Shown: positions 1-10,710, counted from the first letter of the whole stretch. The stretch is DNA of 63,904 nt, filler included, from Octopus bimaculoides (GCF_001194135.2; 3 parts of 2 records of this genome joined end to end with filler, not necessarily neighbours in it); one strand, 5' to 3'. Notes: generated by a model from the sequence alone, not told the origin. Numbers and translations are program-made.

Positions 1-30
1 ATATGTATGTATGTATATATACATATTGTG

Positions 31-60
<30 letters not shown>

Positions 61-61
<1 letters not shown>

Positions 62-1089
62 GTAGTGAAACTACCTATCGCCATTATATACAAAAGTACT
101 ATCGACATAATATACAAACAAACTATCTTCTCACTATTATATATAAACAAGCGCGGGCGTAGTAGAAAACATATTTCCCTGTCATCACGTGACTGATTAT
201 TATTTGAAGCGGCAACTGCTTCGTACCGTTCCCGCCAGAACGCAAACTGACCAACCGTGGTCCCTAATAAGGTCACGTGATAGAGTATTTTTCTGATGCC
301 TTTGGGAGCCTACCATCAACTATAAATAGCCTAAATTCAGCGGCAAATTCGTCTCGGTTCAGTTCTCTTAGAGACTGTTCCGTGTACCACACAGAGCAGC
401 AGCAACAGTTTCAGCGACTACCACCGACGTCGCCATCAGCAACATGACACTACGAACTACAAGATTCGCCACCGACGTCGCCAATATCATCAACATGATT
501 TCTACGTACACCAACTAACCAAGCTACCGCGGCACATCTCTCTTCGATTCTGTTTGGTGATTCACCTTCACCACGATAAATAACAGACAAGAACCCAGCC
601 TGCGACGAACATCTGTATACAAGAACCCGGCTCGGTATGGAAGCCCTAACATCACAACGAGTTATCGCTCTGCCACACACACGCCTCAACTTCTTACATA
701 CAGACTCTTCCTATTGTGTACTCAACAAACCGGCAAATTCTCACACGTGTTACTGACTCTTTCTATCTGCTGTATCTCACGCATTCACATACATTTGTGC
801 ACACACTCTTTTGTATACACACTATTCTATTTACATGACGGCCTGTCTTTTATTATGTTTTCATTATGTCGCATTCACACTCACACACAGACATACATTT
901 TAATGTCACAATAAATAATACTGTTATTCATCTTCATACAGTTGTGTTCTATCGTCTTTCATTACTGGCCATTTACGAAATCACTATGTTATCGAAGTAT
1001 AACATTTTTATATCATCTTTGATATATTTTTGTGTTCGACCGTGTGACGCGTTTAAATAAAAGGAGTCCTGTTTTTCCATTCGTCACCA
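61..1089 (+). mobile_element. Possible solo LTR of an LTR retrotransposon
   Basis: Begins TGT right after a (TATG)n tract and ends CA at 1089. Contains TATAAATA (321-328), two TCACGTGA E-boxes (185-192, 273-280), an internal direct repeat ccaccgacgtcgcca (421-435, 469-483) and AATAAA (1056-1061) 28 nt before the end. No matching TSD and no internal gag/pol seen. Confidence 0.4.
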
Positions 1090-1149
1090 TTTCTCCTTTT
1101 GGGTTCGCTCGGTCGTTCTTACATATGTATGTATTATGTAAGTAAGGGT

Positions 1150-1550
1150 CTTCCTATGACACTGACATGCAGTGTCTGTGCAAGACCGTGCCTCAGTAAA
1201 GCTGGACTCATGAGTCATCTTCGTAGTCATAAAGCAAGACCGATGATTGACTACCAGGCCGCTGGTGATGATGCTACACACCATACTAATCATGTCTGTC
1301 GGGTATGTGGAAGGGAGTGTGATTCAGCAGGAGGAGTTAAACGACACGCAAAGGTACATGGAGCCCAATTACAACAACAGCCAGCTATTGCCAGTAAAGG
1401 TTTTGGATACCAACTCTGTACAAGACATTGTAGATGTTTGGCTGGGCTAAAAAGTCACATTCAATCACAGCACCGTTAAGTTAAGCTTCGTGCAATGGCC
1501 ATACTCGATAACGAGGTGGCAGCCATCATGTATGTATGTATATGTATATG
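1150..1550 (+). mobile_element. 3' end of an RTE-clade LINE: C-terminal C2H2 zinc-finger array (three fingers, third degenerate), 3' stem-loop, (TATG)n tail
   Basis: ORF 1099-1479 encodes CSVCARPCLSKAGLMSHLRSH, CRVCGRECDSAGGVKRHAKVH and YQLCTRHCRCLAGLKSHIQSQH. The first finger matches the CKICNRVCLSSAGLASHIRSH finger ending the RT-containing RTE at 33665-33742. Both have the same 23-nt 3' hairpin and TATG tail. Confidence 0.8.
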
Positions 1551-1911
1551 TATATAAAACCAAGGTTCCAAGTAAAAAGCAATAGTATTGATGCTGATGC
1601 CATGCAAAAAGCATTGCTTCTGGTGCCGTGTAAAAAGCAAATACCGTTAAGTATTTCGCCCAGCATGCAAACGTTTCTACCGGCTCACTGCCTTCATCTA
1701 CTAAAATAACGAAAAATTTACGAACTGATCGACTAGAAAAAGCAGCCAGATTGCGTCAAATCATATCCCATCGTTTACAAAGTGAAAAAAAAAACATGTC
1801 TCAGATATAGAAAAAACGAGATGGTCACATTTGGAACGCCTATTACTATGGATCTGCATTATCAGATCTGACCTGTAGCTACACAGCAAATGGATTACCG
1901 TTAGTTTAAGT

Positions 1912-2196
1912 CAGTGGTTCCGCAAACATCTTCAGTCTGCCGCCCCTTAATACCCAGGCCACGATCCTAGCGTCCCCCACCACTCACCACCACAAGCATA
2001 GATAATTTTCTGCCTCAAATTCAAAACATCTGTATTCTGTAAATAAAACATAACTTAGTTTAACCCATTATTTTGTTGTTTTTAAATCCATTGTTCCCTT
2101 TTGGCCACCCTATTATCGTCCCCACTTTTTTCCAGCGCTTTGCAGGATCTTTCCACAGCCCCAGAGGAACAGTACCGCTCACTTTGGGAACCACTG
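1912..2196. mobile_element. hAT (Charlie-like) MITE
   Basis: TIRs CAGTGGTTCC(G)CAAA / TTTGGGAACCACTG; 8-bp TSD gtttaagt (1904-1911) and atttaagt (2197-2204), 7/8 identical; no coding capacity. Confidence 0.85.
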
Positions 2197-2268
2197 ATTT
2201 AAGTGAATACGCATGAGTCGGTGATCGTTGCACTTATACAGAAATTGTTAGGAATATAATAATATTGT

Positions 2269-2630
2269 GGAAGCGCAATGGCCCAGTGGTTAGGGAAGCG
2301 GACTCGCGGTTTCGATTCCCAGACCGGGCGTTGTGAGTGTTTATTGAGCGAAAACACCTAAAGGCTCCACGTGGCTCCGGCAGGGGATGGTAGCGAACCC
2401 TGCTGTACTCTTTCACCACAACTTTCTCTCACTCTTACTTCTTGTTTCTGTTGTGCCTGTAATTCAAAGGGTCAGCCTTGTCACACTGTGTTACGCTGAA
2501 TATCCCCGAGAACTACGTTAAGGGTACACGTGTCTGTGGAGTGCTCAGCCACTTGCACGTTAATTTCACGAGCAGGCTGTTCCGTTGATCGGATCACCAG
2601 GAACCCTCGACGTCGTGCCAACAACAATAA
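2269..2630 (+). mobile_element. tRNA-derived SINE, family D (unique body plus tail X)
   Basis: A box tggcccagtgg, B box tttcgattcc, (CAA)n end, flanking aataatatt repeat. Near-identical copies at 16692-17078 (+) and 42350-42732 (-). Confidence 0.85.
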
Positions 2631-3048
2631 TAATATTATCGTACAATATTATTATTAAATTTGTCAGCTTTTCTCATCAGTAACGAACTAATTAAATTTA
2701 CCCTGACGTCATCTTAGTATAATCATTTGCAGATTGCATATTTGAACTGAATTTATGGGAGATAACAAAATGTCATTTAGAATTACCTGAGAGTTTTTCC
2801 CCTTAGATTGTTAATTCTCAGAGTTATCTCCCTTAAATTTTTTAATTCTCAGAGATTTTCCCCCTTTTTAAAAATTTTTTTATTTTGCCTGAGTATGTTA
2901 TTTTAAAACATTACGAAATACTTTGTATTCCCCACTGTAATATGCGTACGGTGAGTCGTAGTATCGCTAATGTTCTCTTCAAAGTACAATAAGTGAACTT
3001 TGTACATCATGCATACGCAGGGAAAAGAAAGGGGGAGAAACAAATGGT

Positions 3049-3545
3049 GATGGTTGGCTTATTGAGTGTAAGCTGGTTGATCTACTAGTTGAGTGACTGA
3101 CCAGTTGAGTGTGAGCTGGCTGAGCAGTTGAGTGTAAGGAAGTTGAGCATGAGCTGGTTGACCAGTTGAGTGTCAGGTGGTTGGCTTGTTGAGTGTGAGC
3201 TGGTAGAGCAGTTGAGTGTAAGGAAGTTGACCTGTTGAGCATGAGCTGGTTGACCAGTTGAGTGTAAGGTGGTTGGCTTGTTAAGTGTGAGCTGGCCAAG
3301 CAGTTGAGTGTAAGGAAGTTGACCTGTTGAGTATGAGCTGGTTGAACAGTTGAGTGTAAGGTGGTTGACTTGTTGAGTGTGAACCGATTGATCTACTAGT
3401 TGAGTGCAAAGTGACTGACCAGTTGAGTATGAGGTTTGATCAGTTGAATGTAAGATGGTTTGTAATTGAATCTTAGGTGATTGACCTGCAGAGTATAAGC
3501 TGCTTGACCAGTTGAGCGTAAGAGTGTTCACCAGTTGAGGTTTAG
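3049..3545. repeat. Minisatellite, 23-bp monomer with a 92-bp higher-order (4-mer) organisation
   Basis: Monomer consensus gagctggttgaccagttgagtgt; variants A-B-C-D recur in order about three times and decay at both ends. Confidence 0.85.
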
Positions 3546-3619
3546 GTGAGAATGTCATCTGGAAAGGCATGACTGATAACCGTCTCATTGTACCCACATG
3601 ACTGATGAATAATGAATAA

Positions 3620-4469
3620 TGAAAGAAAATTTGGAAGTTTGAACAATTAGATTAAGAATTTTTATGGAGAGAAAGAAGAGGAGTAAGTAATGAAGAAAGA
3701 GAGGCAGAGATGGGATGGAAAGAAAAGAAGCGAAAAATTAGGAAACAAAGAAATAGGGAAAAGATGAAAGAAAAGAAGGAAACAAGAGGAAGGAAAGAAA
3801 GAAAGAAGGTAAGAAGTAAGAAAGGAGGGCATGAAAGAAAAAATTAGGAAATGATGAAATAAAGACAAAAATGAGGAAAACACGGGGCGGGGGAGAAAGA
3901 AAGAAAGAAAGAAATAAAGAAAAAAAGAAAGACAGAAAGAAAGAAAGCAAGAAAAGCAGGTAGGTTGGAATGATGGAAGGAAAGAAAAAATAGGAAACAA
4001 AGGAATAAGACAAAAATAAAAAAAATGAAAGAAAAGAAGGAAAGATGTGAAAAGAAGAAGAAAGGTGGAAGCAAGAAAGAAAGAAAGAAAATAAATAAAG
4101 AAAGAAAGAAAGAAAAAAGAAGGTAGGAAAAAAGTTAGGAATAAAAGAAAAGAAGAAAAGGGTGAAGGAAAGAAGACAAAAAATTTAGGGAAAAGAAACA
4201 AAAAGAAGGAAGAAAGTATTAAAAGCTAGAAGAACCTTTCTTCTAGCTTTTAATAGGAAGGAAGGAAGGAAGGAGAGGGAGAAAGATAAAAAGAAAGGAA
4301 AAAAAAAGGGAAAGAAAACAAAAGGACGAAAGAGTCAGAACGGAAGTAAAATGGAATAAAAGAAGGAATATTGTTAATAAATGTAACGAGGTAATTTAGC
4401 CTTTACTTATTGGAAGGGCAATTAGTGAAAGAAGCAAGGGAGGAGGAGGAGAAGGAGGAGGAGGAGGAG
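3620..4469. repeat. Purine-rich low-complexity tract (GAAA/GGAA/GGA) running into an assembly gap
   Basis: Almost pure A/G on the + strand; source of the F/S/L-rich spurious ORFs at 3662-4201. Confidence 0.95.
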
Positions 4470-4930
4470 TNNNNNNNNNNNNNNNNNNNNNNNNNNNNNN
4501 NNNNNNNNNNNNNNNNNNNNNNNNNNNNNNNNNNNNNNNNNNNNNNNNNNNNNNNNNNNNNNNNNNNNNNNNNNNNNNNNNNNNNNNNNNNNNNNNNNNN
4601 NNNNNNNNNNNNNNNNNNNNNNNNNNNNNNNNNNNNNNNNNNNNNNNNNNNNNNNNNNNNNNNNNNNNNNNNNNNNNNNNNNNNNNNNNNNNNNNNNNNN
4701 NNNNNNNNNNNNNNNNNNNNNNNNNNNNNNNNNNNNNNNNNNNNNNNNNNNNNNNNNNNNNNNNNNNNNNNNNNNNNNNNNNNNNGGGTTACAAGTAATC
4801 TTTGGAGGAAAAAAGTGGCGAAGTAGAATTTATTGCTTTAATGGATCTAATAAAAAGAACAACATCAACAGGTAAATCAAAAGCAGTCTTGCACACACAC
4901 ACACATACACACACACACACACACATTAAT

Positions 4931-5077
4931 AGGAGTAGCTGTGTGGTAAGAAGCTTGCTTCCTAATCACATGGTTCCAGGTTCAGTCCCACTGAGTGGCA
5001 CCTTTGGCAGGTGTCTTCTACTATAGCCTCGGGCTGACCAAAGCCTTGTGAATGGATTTGGTAGACAGAAACTGAGG
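4931..5077 (+). mobile_element. tRNA-derived SINE, family B, 5' half
   Basis: tagctgtgtggt (A box), ggttcagtccc (B box), then ccttgggcaagtgtcttctactatagcc-like body. More 5' halves at about 5628-5757(-), 8540-8650(+), 12630-12780(-), 23503-23660(+), 33955-34045(-), 61845-61905(-). Confidence 0.85.
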
Positions 5078-5190
5078 TGGTGAAGCATGACCTTCAAACA
5101 TTGGGCCTTACTGAGGCAATTACAACTGACCAAAACCTTTGGAGATATGCTGTGCTTGAGAAGACCCGACAAGCTAAGCTGGATGCCCTT
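5076..5190 (+). mobile_element. C-terminal coding fragment of an RTE-like LINE
   Basis: Translates EVVKHDLQTLGLTEAITTDQNLWRYAVLEKTRQAK, which parallels DAVKNDLKALNVKVEDWEQMTQDRSVWKQ in the RTE at 33470-33560. Confidence 0.6.
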
Positions 5191-5404
5191 TGTGTCGCCA
5201 ACCCTCACCCATTTCTAATTCAGGTAACATTTTGCCTTGACCAGACATGTTTTCATGGAAGATTGGAAATGGACATATTTGCATGGTAGTGACACTTGCT
5301 TACAACCAGCACATGATGTTAAGACAAAGAAACAGAGATGCACCACCATCCTCCTCTTCCTCCCACCCCCTCCCCCTCCTCCTCCTTCTCCTCCTTCTCC
5401 TCCT

Positions 5405-5600
5405 CCTCCTCATCATCATTTAACGTTTGTTTTCCATGTTGGTATGGGCTGGACTTTGACAGGAGCTGGCCAGCCGATTTCTGTTTTGGCACAGTTTCTA
5501 CAGCTGGATGCTCTTCCCGATGCCAACCACTTTACAGAATGTACTGCGTGCTTTTTTATGCAGTACTAGTACCAGTGCTTTTTATGTGGTACCATCATAT
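5405..5600 (-). mobile_element. 5'-truncated 3' end of a non-LTR retroelement (family C, probably an RTE 3' UTR), (GAT)n tail
   Basis: All copies share the 3' end ...ccaacccatgctagcatggaaagcggacgttaaacgatgatga, have variable 5' truncation and lack A/B boxes. Other copies about 11780-12223(-), 15065-15180(-), 17440-17650(+), 19700-20050(-), 22738-22990(-), 24905-25400(-), 26740-26870(+). Confidence 0.75.
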
Positions 5601-5806
5601 GTGCATTTAATTTGACACCAGCTTCTAAACCCACTCACAAGCCTTTTGTCAGCCTAGAGTTTATAGTAGAAGACACTTGCCCTAGGTGTCATGCAGTGGG
5701 ACTGAACCTGAAACTATGTGGTTGGGAAGCAAGCTTCTTAACCACACAACCATGACTGCATCTGAGTTTTCTGTTCATTTTGGAGTAATGCTTATACCAG
5801 ACTATG

Positions 5807-5837
<31 letters not shown>

Positions 5838-5957
5838 TGAATAGGTCATACTGCAACAATAACCATTGTACGCAAGCCAACCTAGCTTGTGTTATACTAT
5901 TTCATTGATATTTCATAAATTAGACCTCTTTAAGTTTTGTATTTTACATCATGTGAA

Positions 5958-6275
5958 GGCATGTGGCTCAGTGGTTAGGGTGTTTAGCTCATAGTCGTAA
6001 AGTCGTAAGTTCAATTCCCGGACGTGCACTGTGTCCTTGAGCAAGACATTTCTTTTCACATTACTCCAGTCTTCTCAGTTGGTAAAAATGAGCAGTACCT
6101 GTAATTCAAAGGGCCAGCCTTGTCACATTCTGTGTCATACTGAATCTCCCTAAAAACTACATCAAAAGTACATATGTCTGTGGTATACTCAGCCATTTGC
6201 ACGTTAATTTCATAAGTGGGCTGTTCGGTTGATTGGATCAACTGGAACATTCCTTGCTGTAACCGACAGAGTGCT
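5958..6275 (+). mobile_element. CORE-type SINE with tail X
   Basis: A box tggctcagtgg, B box gttcaattcc, CORE-like gtgtccttgagcaagacattt...ctcagttggtaaaaatgag; the 3' half is shared with family D. Confidence 0.8.
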
Positions 6276-6299
6276 AGGTTATTTTATGCTTTACATTTC

Positions 6300-6560
6300 T
6301 CTAGAATTTTTCACTTTATGCTGTACTTGGTGATGCTTTCTTTCAGAGACCATACATGCTTCGCTAGTGTTGTGATGTTACGTCTTTCCAGGATGTTGAA
6401 GAAGGACTTGTGGTTGCTATAGTGGGTTCTGAAAGGGCTTTCAGTTTCTCTCACATACTTTCTCACATTTCGTTGCCCATTTGGTCTCATGCCCATTTGA
6501 TCCTATGAGCCTCTGGCTTTTATGCAACAGTTTCTGTGTTACAGTGGCCGTTCAGTGGAC
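6300..6560 (-). mobile_element. Penelope-like element GIY-YIG endonuclease remnant
   Basis: Minus strand reads CPLNGHCNTETVA*K...KYVRETESPFRTHYSNHKSFFNILERRNITTLAKHVWSLKESITKYSIK*KILE, matching the PLE pattern CPLxGxC...Y(I/V)GxTExxFKxRYxNHKSSF...LSKHIWxLK...I.WKIL; contains stops and frameshifts. Confidence 0.85.
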
Positions 6561-6585
6561 ATGTTGTGTTACACCTACATACATA

Positions 6586-7125
6586 CATATCATAAGCAGT
6601 TGTCCAAAAAAGTCATCACAGTAATATCTATCGATGAGACATGATGTTGTAGCTAGGACACTGTATAATGAGATCGGTCGGAAGGATAACCCCCGAAGAC
6701 AAAGAAATGAGAACCCACAGTATGGTAGAAGCCATAGCCACTCATAATAAAAAGGAGTACTGGTGGAATGTCCCAATGAAGATCTCAATAAAATGTAAAC
6801 ACAATAGACCAGACATAATGATTTAAGATAAGAAGAGAAACTGTGTACAGTTGTCCAGCAAGTGTTAATGGAAAGTTAAAGATCAGTGAAAAAGAGAACA
6901 CCTATGCTGAACTATTGAGAAATCGGCAGTTACTCTATCCAGGTTACAAGTTCAGATTTATACCCCTAATTATTGGGGCTCTGAGATATGTAACACACTG
7001 ACTAAATACCAATCTTGAGAAATTGGGCATCTTAAAACCAGAAAGGAGAAAGCTGATTCGAAGACTTATAGATCCAAGCTACCACTGGAAATGTAAAAAT
7101 CTGTAAAACTTTTCAGAAGTTTATC
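6586..7125 (+). mobile_element. R4/Dong-like (RLE-type) LINE, 3' fragment
   Basis: HIISSCPK (end of CCHC knuckle), MRHDVVARTLY, KHNRPDIMI, then KENTYAELLRN...FRFIPLIIGAL...LEKLG...KICKTFQKF; in-frame stops present. Confidence 0.85.
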
Positions 7126-7199
7126 ATTTCAGTATATATGAGCATGTCTAGATATGCATGAGAATACATACATAAAACAAAACATATAACTCTGCACGA

Positions 7200-7230
<31 letters not shown>

Positions 7231-8267
7231 CATGCATGCATTTATGCACGCATGCATACATACATACATACAAAAATACTCTGTTGATGTTAAAATTCCA
7301 AATGAAGGTGCCTTGGATCTAGGTTAGAAACCAGTTCTTTCTCTATTGGCAAGAAATCTTGAAATAAAACTGAATAATGACATACATACATACATACACA
7401 CACACATACATACATACATACATACATACATACCTAATCGACTCATGTCTGTGAAATTGTGTGAAAGCCCATTGGATGGACTGTACCTGTAATGTAATGG
7501 TCAACCTTATCTGGCTTTGGAATACTCTGCCTGTATAACGTAATAAGTATAATTCAGTTTCAGTATAACTGAATGAGCAGATAGTTCAGTTTATTGACCT
7601 ATCAGCTCATCGTCGAAACCGACGAAAGATCCATTTACTTTTATATTCACTCTAAAGAACCTCCCACAGTGAGTAGTGAAACAATACCTTAATATTATTT
7701 TAGAAAGATAAAACTACACTCTATGGGTACTTACATCGTTAATTGACCTTGAAACGAAGCAGGAAGTTGATAGAAATAAAACTAGTCGTTTGTTTTGTGT
7801 AGTTACGTGTGTTACGTAATTTGCTCAGAGAGAGTAAATTACCTTTTTAGTTGGAATAAAAGACACACTCTGTACCAATTTACGCCGGCTAACTGACAGC
7901 TTAATTGATACATCAAATTAATGTTGAAGTGAGAAGGAACGAGAATTTAGCTGAAACACACACTAGCACACACACACAGCTATAATAAGTAAATGAGTAA
8001 ATAAATTAAATAAAAGTTACTTTTCTCTGAAGGAAGACAATATTTCGTCATGGTGACGGTAGTTTTAATCTTTTTTTTTTTTTTTGCTCTCTGTGACAAA
8101 GGAAGGTTTCTGCCCAGAACGTTGTTATTCTACCGCGAGGAAAGAAACTCATTCACTTGTTTCTTTTCTAATTCTTTCGACCTCAGGGTTACAGTAGTTT
8201 CCCTAGCTACTTTTTTCTCTACAGAGATATTGGTAGTTAATTAACAGTTTCAAATTTTGTCACAAGG

Positions 8268-8478
8268 CCAGCAGGTTTCTTTCTTTTTTTTCTTTTCTGG
8301 CGGGGGGTGGTAAGTCGATTACATCAACCTCAGTAATCAACTGGTACTTATTTTATCGATCTCGCGAGGACGAAAGGCAAAGTCGGCTTCAGCGGAATTT
8401 GAACTCGGAACGTAAAGACGGACGAAATGCCGCTAAGCCTTATGCCCGGGTGTGTTAACGACCCTGCCAGCTCGCCAA
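8268..8478 (-). mobile_element. tRNA-derived SINE, family A
   Basis: Consensus ggcggtgagctggcagaatcgttagca...gagttcaaattcc...gactttgcctttcatcctttcggggtcgataaa.taagtaccagtt...gtgcctagagtagaaaag. Other copies about 1645-1700(-), 13261-13478(+), 38010-38215(-), 40100-40278(-), 41475-41680(+), 60250-60355(+). Confidence 0.85.
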
Positions 8479-8799
8479 CGTATGGAGGTAATAGTTAATT
8501 AATGCTTACTGTAAGACATAAGAAGAAAATTTAAATCAAATATTCCAGCTCGCTTCACAACCATGTGGTTTCGGGTTTAGTCTGACTGCGCGGCACCATG
8601 AGCAAGTGTTTTCTACTCTAGCGCTTGGTTGTCCTCTGTCCTGTGATAGAATTTCTTCGACGAAAACTGAGTGGAAACTCGTTGCATATACGTGTGTGGT
8701 AGGGGGTGTTTGAGTGTGTTTATTCCCCTCCCCAAGCAGAGCTTGACAACCGGTGTTGGTTTGTTTAGATCCCCATATGGCGAAAATAACTTTTTCTTT

Positions 8800-9950
8800 C
8801 TTTTCTGTTTTGACTTGTTTCAGTCATTTGGCTGCCGCCTTTAGTTGAACAAATCGAGGATCTTTTTTAAAACGGGGGCCACATTTTTCATTAACGAAAC
8901 ACTTTGAAACTTGGAACACTGGTAGAATGTGTCATATAAAACATCTTTTTCTCTTAGTCTTCTTAAAAAAAAAAGAAATCCATAAATTATTCCATGTTAA
9001 AGTTGTATTTCTGTAATTTCAACCAATCACTGACGTCCATTCAGCCGATATACATTAAGTGCCGACTACATAAACAAACGATTGTGAAACAATTAACCCT
9101 AACCATAACCCTAACTCTAACCCTAACCCTAGCCCTAGGGTTAGGGTTAAAGCAAATTTAAAATGAAAAAAGCAAATAAAACGAAGGTATGGAGATTAAA
9201 TACGCTTTACATCGCTTAATCAGCCAAAGGAGTAAGTATGAACAACTGAATACTTGTCAGTGATTGGTTGAAATTATCGAAATAAGACAATTTTTTACAT
9301 GAAATAAATTCGAATACAAAAATATTTTTCTGTTCTATAACACAAAATAGATAAGTATACGAAGTTTGAAAGTCTTTCGGTACCAAAAACACTACGTAAA
9401 ACATTAATGAAAAATGTGGCCCCCGTTTTAAAAAAGATCCCAAATCGACCCCATGACTTATTCTTTGTAAGCCTAGTACTTATCCTATCGGTCTCTTTTG
9501 CCGAACCGCTAGATTATGGGGGCGTAAACACACTAATGTCAGTTGTCAAGCAATGGTGGGGGAACAACCTCAGGCACACACAAATACATACAGACAGACA
9601 TACATACAAACAAAGTATGGGGGTTTAGTTCACAGGTATGCTAGGTAAGTGCTGTAACGGATTACTAAGGCCCCAAGGTTGTAGCCGAGAAAGTAGTTAT
9701 GGAGCCATTGCAGATTTCCGATATAGCGGATATCTAATTGTTAAAGAGGACAACAAGCGTTAAGGCAAGGCAAACATCTCAAGTCATATATATTATCATC
9801 ATTGGAAAGGGCTTCTTTCAGTTTCCGTCTACTCACAAGGCTTTGGTCGGCCCGAGGCTATAGTAGAAGACACTTTCCTAAGTTGCCATGCAGAGGAACT
9901 GAACCCAGAACCATGTGGCTGGCTAGCAAGCTACTTACCACACGGACACA
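8800..9950 (-). mobile_element. Family B SINE (head-microsatellite-tail) interrupted by a MITE and a second about 190-bp insert
   Basis: The tail sequence resumes exactly across 8857/9441; microsatellite at about 9585-9612; unknown insert at about 9614-9800; head at 9800-9950. Confidence 0.8.
8858..9440. mobile_element. MITE with perfect 37-bp TIRs and 8-bp TSD, Merlin-like, carrying fold-back telomeric repeats
   Basis: TIR ggatcttttttaaaacgggggccacatttttcattaa (8858-8894) and its exact reverse complement (9404-9440); TSD caaatcga at 8850-8857 and 9441-9448. A 5'-GG terminus with an 8-bp TSD fits Merlin; the superfamily is inferred. Confidence 0.9.
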
Positions 9951-10327
9951 CCTGAACATATGTGTATATATGTATATATATNNNNNNNNNNNNNNNNNNN
10001 NNNNNNNNNNNNNNNNNNNNNNNNNNNNNNNNNNNNNNNNNNNNNNNNNNNNNNNNNNNNNNNNNNATTGAACACTCAATATTTCATCTATATTCAATAC
10101 TTTATTTCATGGTGCCATCCATTTTTATTTTATTTTACTTTATATTATATATTGTATATTATATTATATATTGTATATTCCATATTCTATACCCCACATT
10201 GGTTCTGCAGGAATATAAATAAAACATAAAAAACAGACAGTGTTGGAACTCTTTTAAACAAAATAATATATTCCTCTATACACAATCATACAAAAAACCC
10301 ACCTTTTTTGTATTTATTTTTACTCGC

Positions 10328-10356
<29 letters not shown>

Positions 10357-10358
<2 letters not shown>

Positions 10359-10610
10359 AGTTGTATGCTGTCAACTTAATGTGATAGTCACATGAAGGGA
10401 ATGATACTACTGCTATTTAGCCCTAGGAAGCAGCACCACTTCCTGTTGGCCTTGACACATTTCCTGTGTCCTTATGTTTTACACAGAGGAGACAAGCACC
10501 TCCACCCAACAAAGACTGCATCCAGAGACATGTTTCTGAGTCTTTGATCGTCATCAGTCTGGAGTAGCAATGGCCTGATAGTTGAGAGATGCCTGTCAAG
10601 CTCTCGTAAA
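10357..10610 (-). mobile_element. Small hammerhead-containing element (Penelope pLTR or retrozyme-like), copy 1
   Basis: Its 10357-10467 part is repeated at 10711-10819; contains a hammerhead on the minus strand; abuts a (TA)n tract. Confidence 0.65.
10521..10563 (-). ncRNA. Minimal type I hammerhead ribozyme motif
   Basis: Minus strand: UCCAGA-CUGAUGA-cgaucaaagacuca-GAAA-C-AU-GUC-UCUGGA. Perfect 6-bp stem I, intact core, GUC triplet, palindromic ACAUGU in place of stem III; stem II is weakened. Confidence 0.75.
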
Positions 10611-10710
10611 CATATGACAATTCTAGTGAAACACATTCACTGATTTCAAAAATAGAAATAATACATTTCTAAATCTCTCAGAGAGATTTATGTAGTAGTG
10701 ATACGATGTA

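Noticed and set aside
1099-1479. Host C2H2 zinc-finger gene (cephalopods have large C2H2 expansions)
   Set aside because: No TGEKP linkers; the finger type, 3' hairpin and TATG tail match the RTE element at 33.7 kb.
2269-2345. tRNA genes here and at other A/B-box heads
   Set aside because: No acceptor stem or cloverleaf; each continues into a multi-copy SINE body.
3049-3545. CRISPR-like array, or the repetitive ORFs 2979-3597
   Set aside because: No unique spacers, eukaryotic context, no cas genes; the ORFs are by-products of the tandem repeat.
7598-7635. Hammerhead-like cucauc-GUCG-aaac-CGAC-GAAA
   Set aside because: The core CUGANGA is not matched (cucauc) and there is no convincing stem I.
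9094-9149. Ancestral telomere-telomere chromosome fusion site
   Set aside because: Only about nine degenerate units, enclosed within a MITE with perfect TIRs and TSD.
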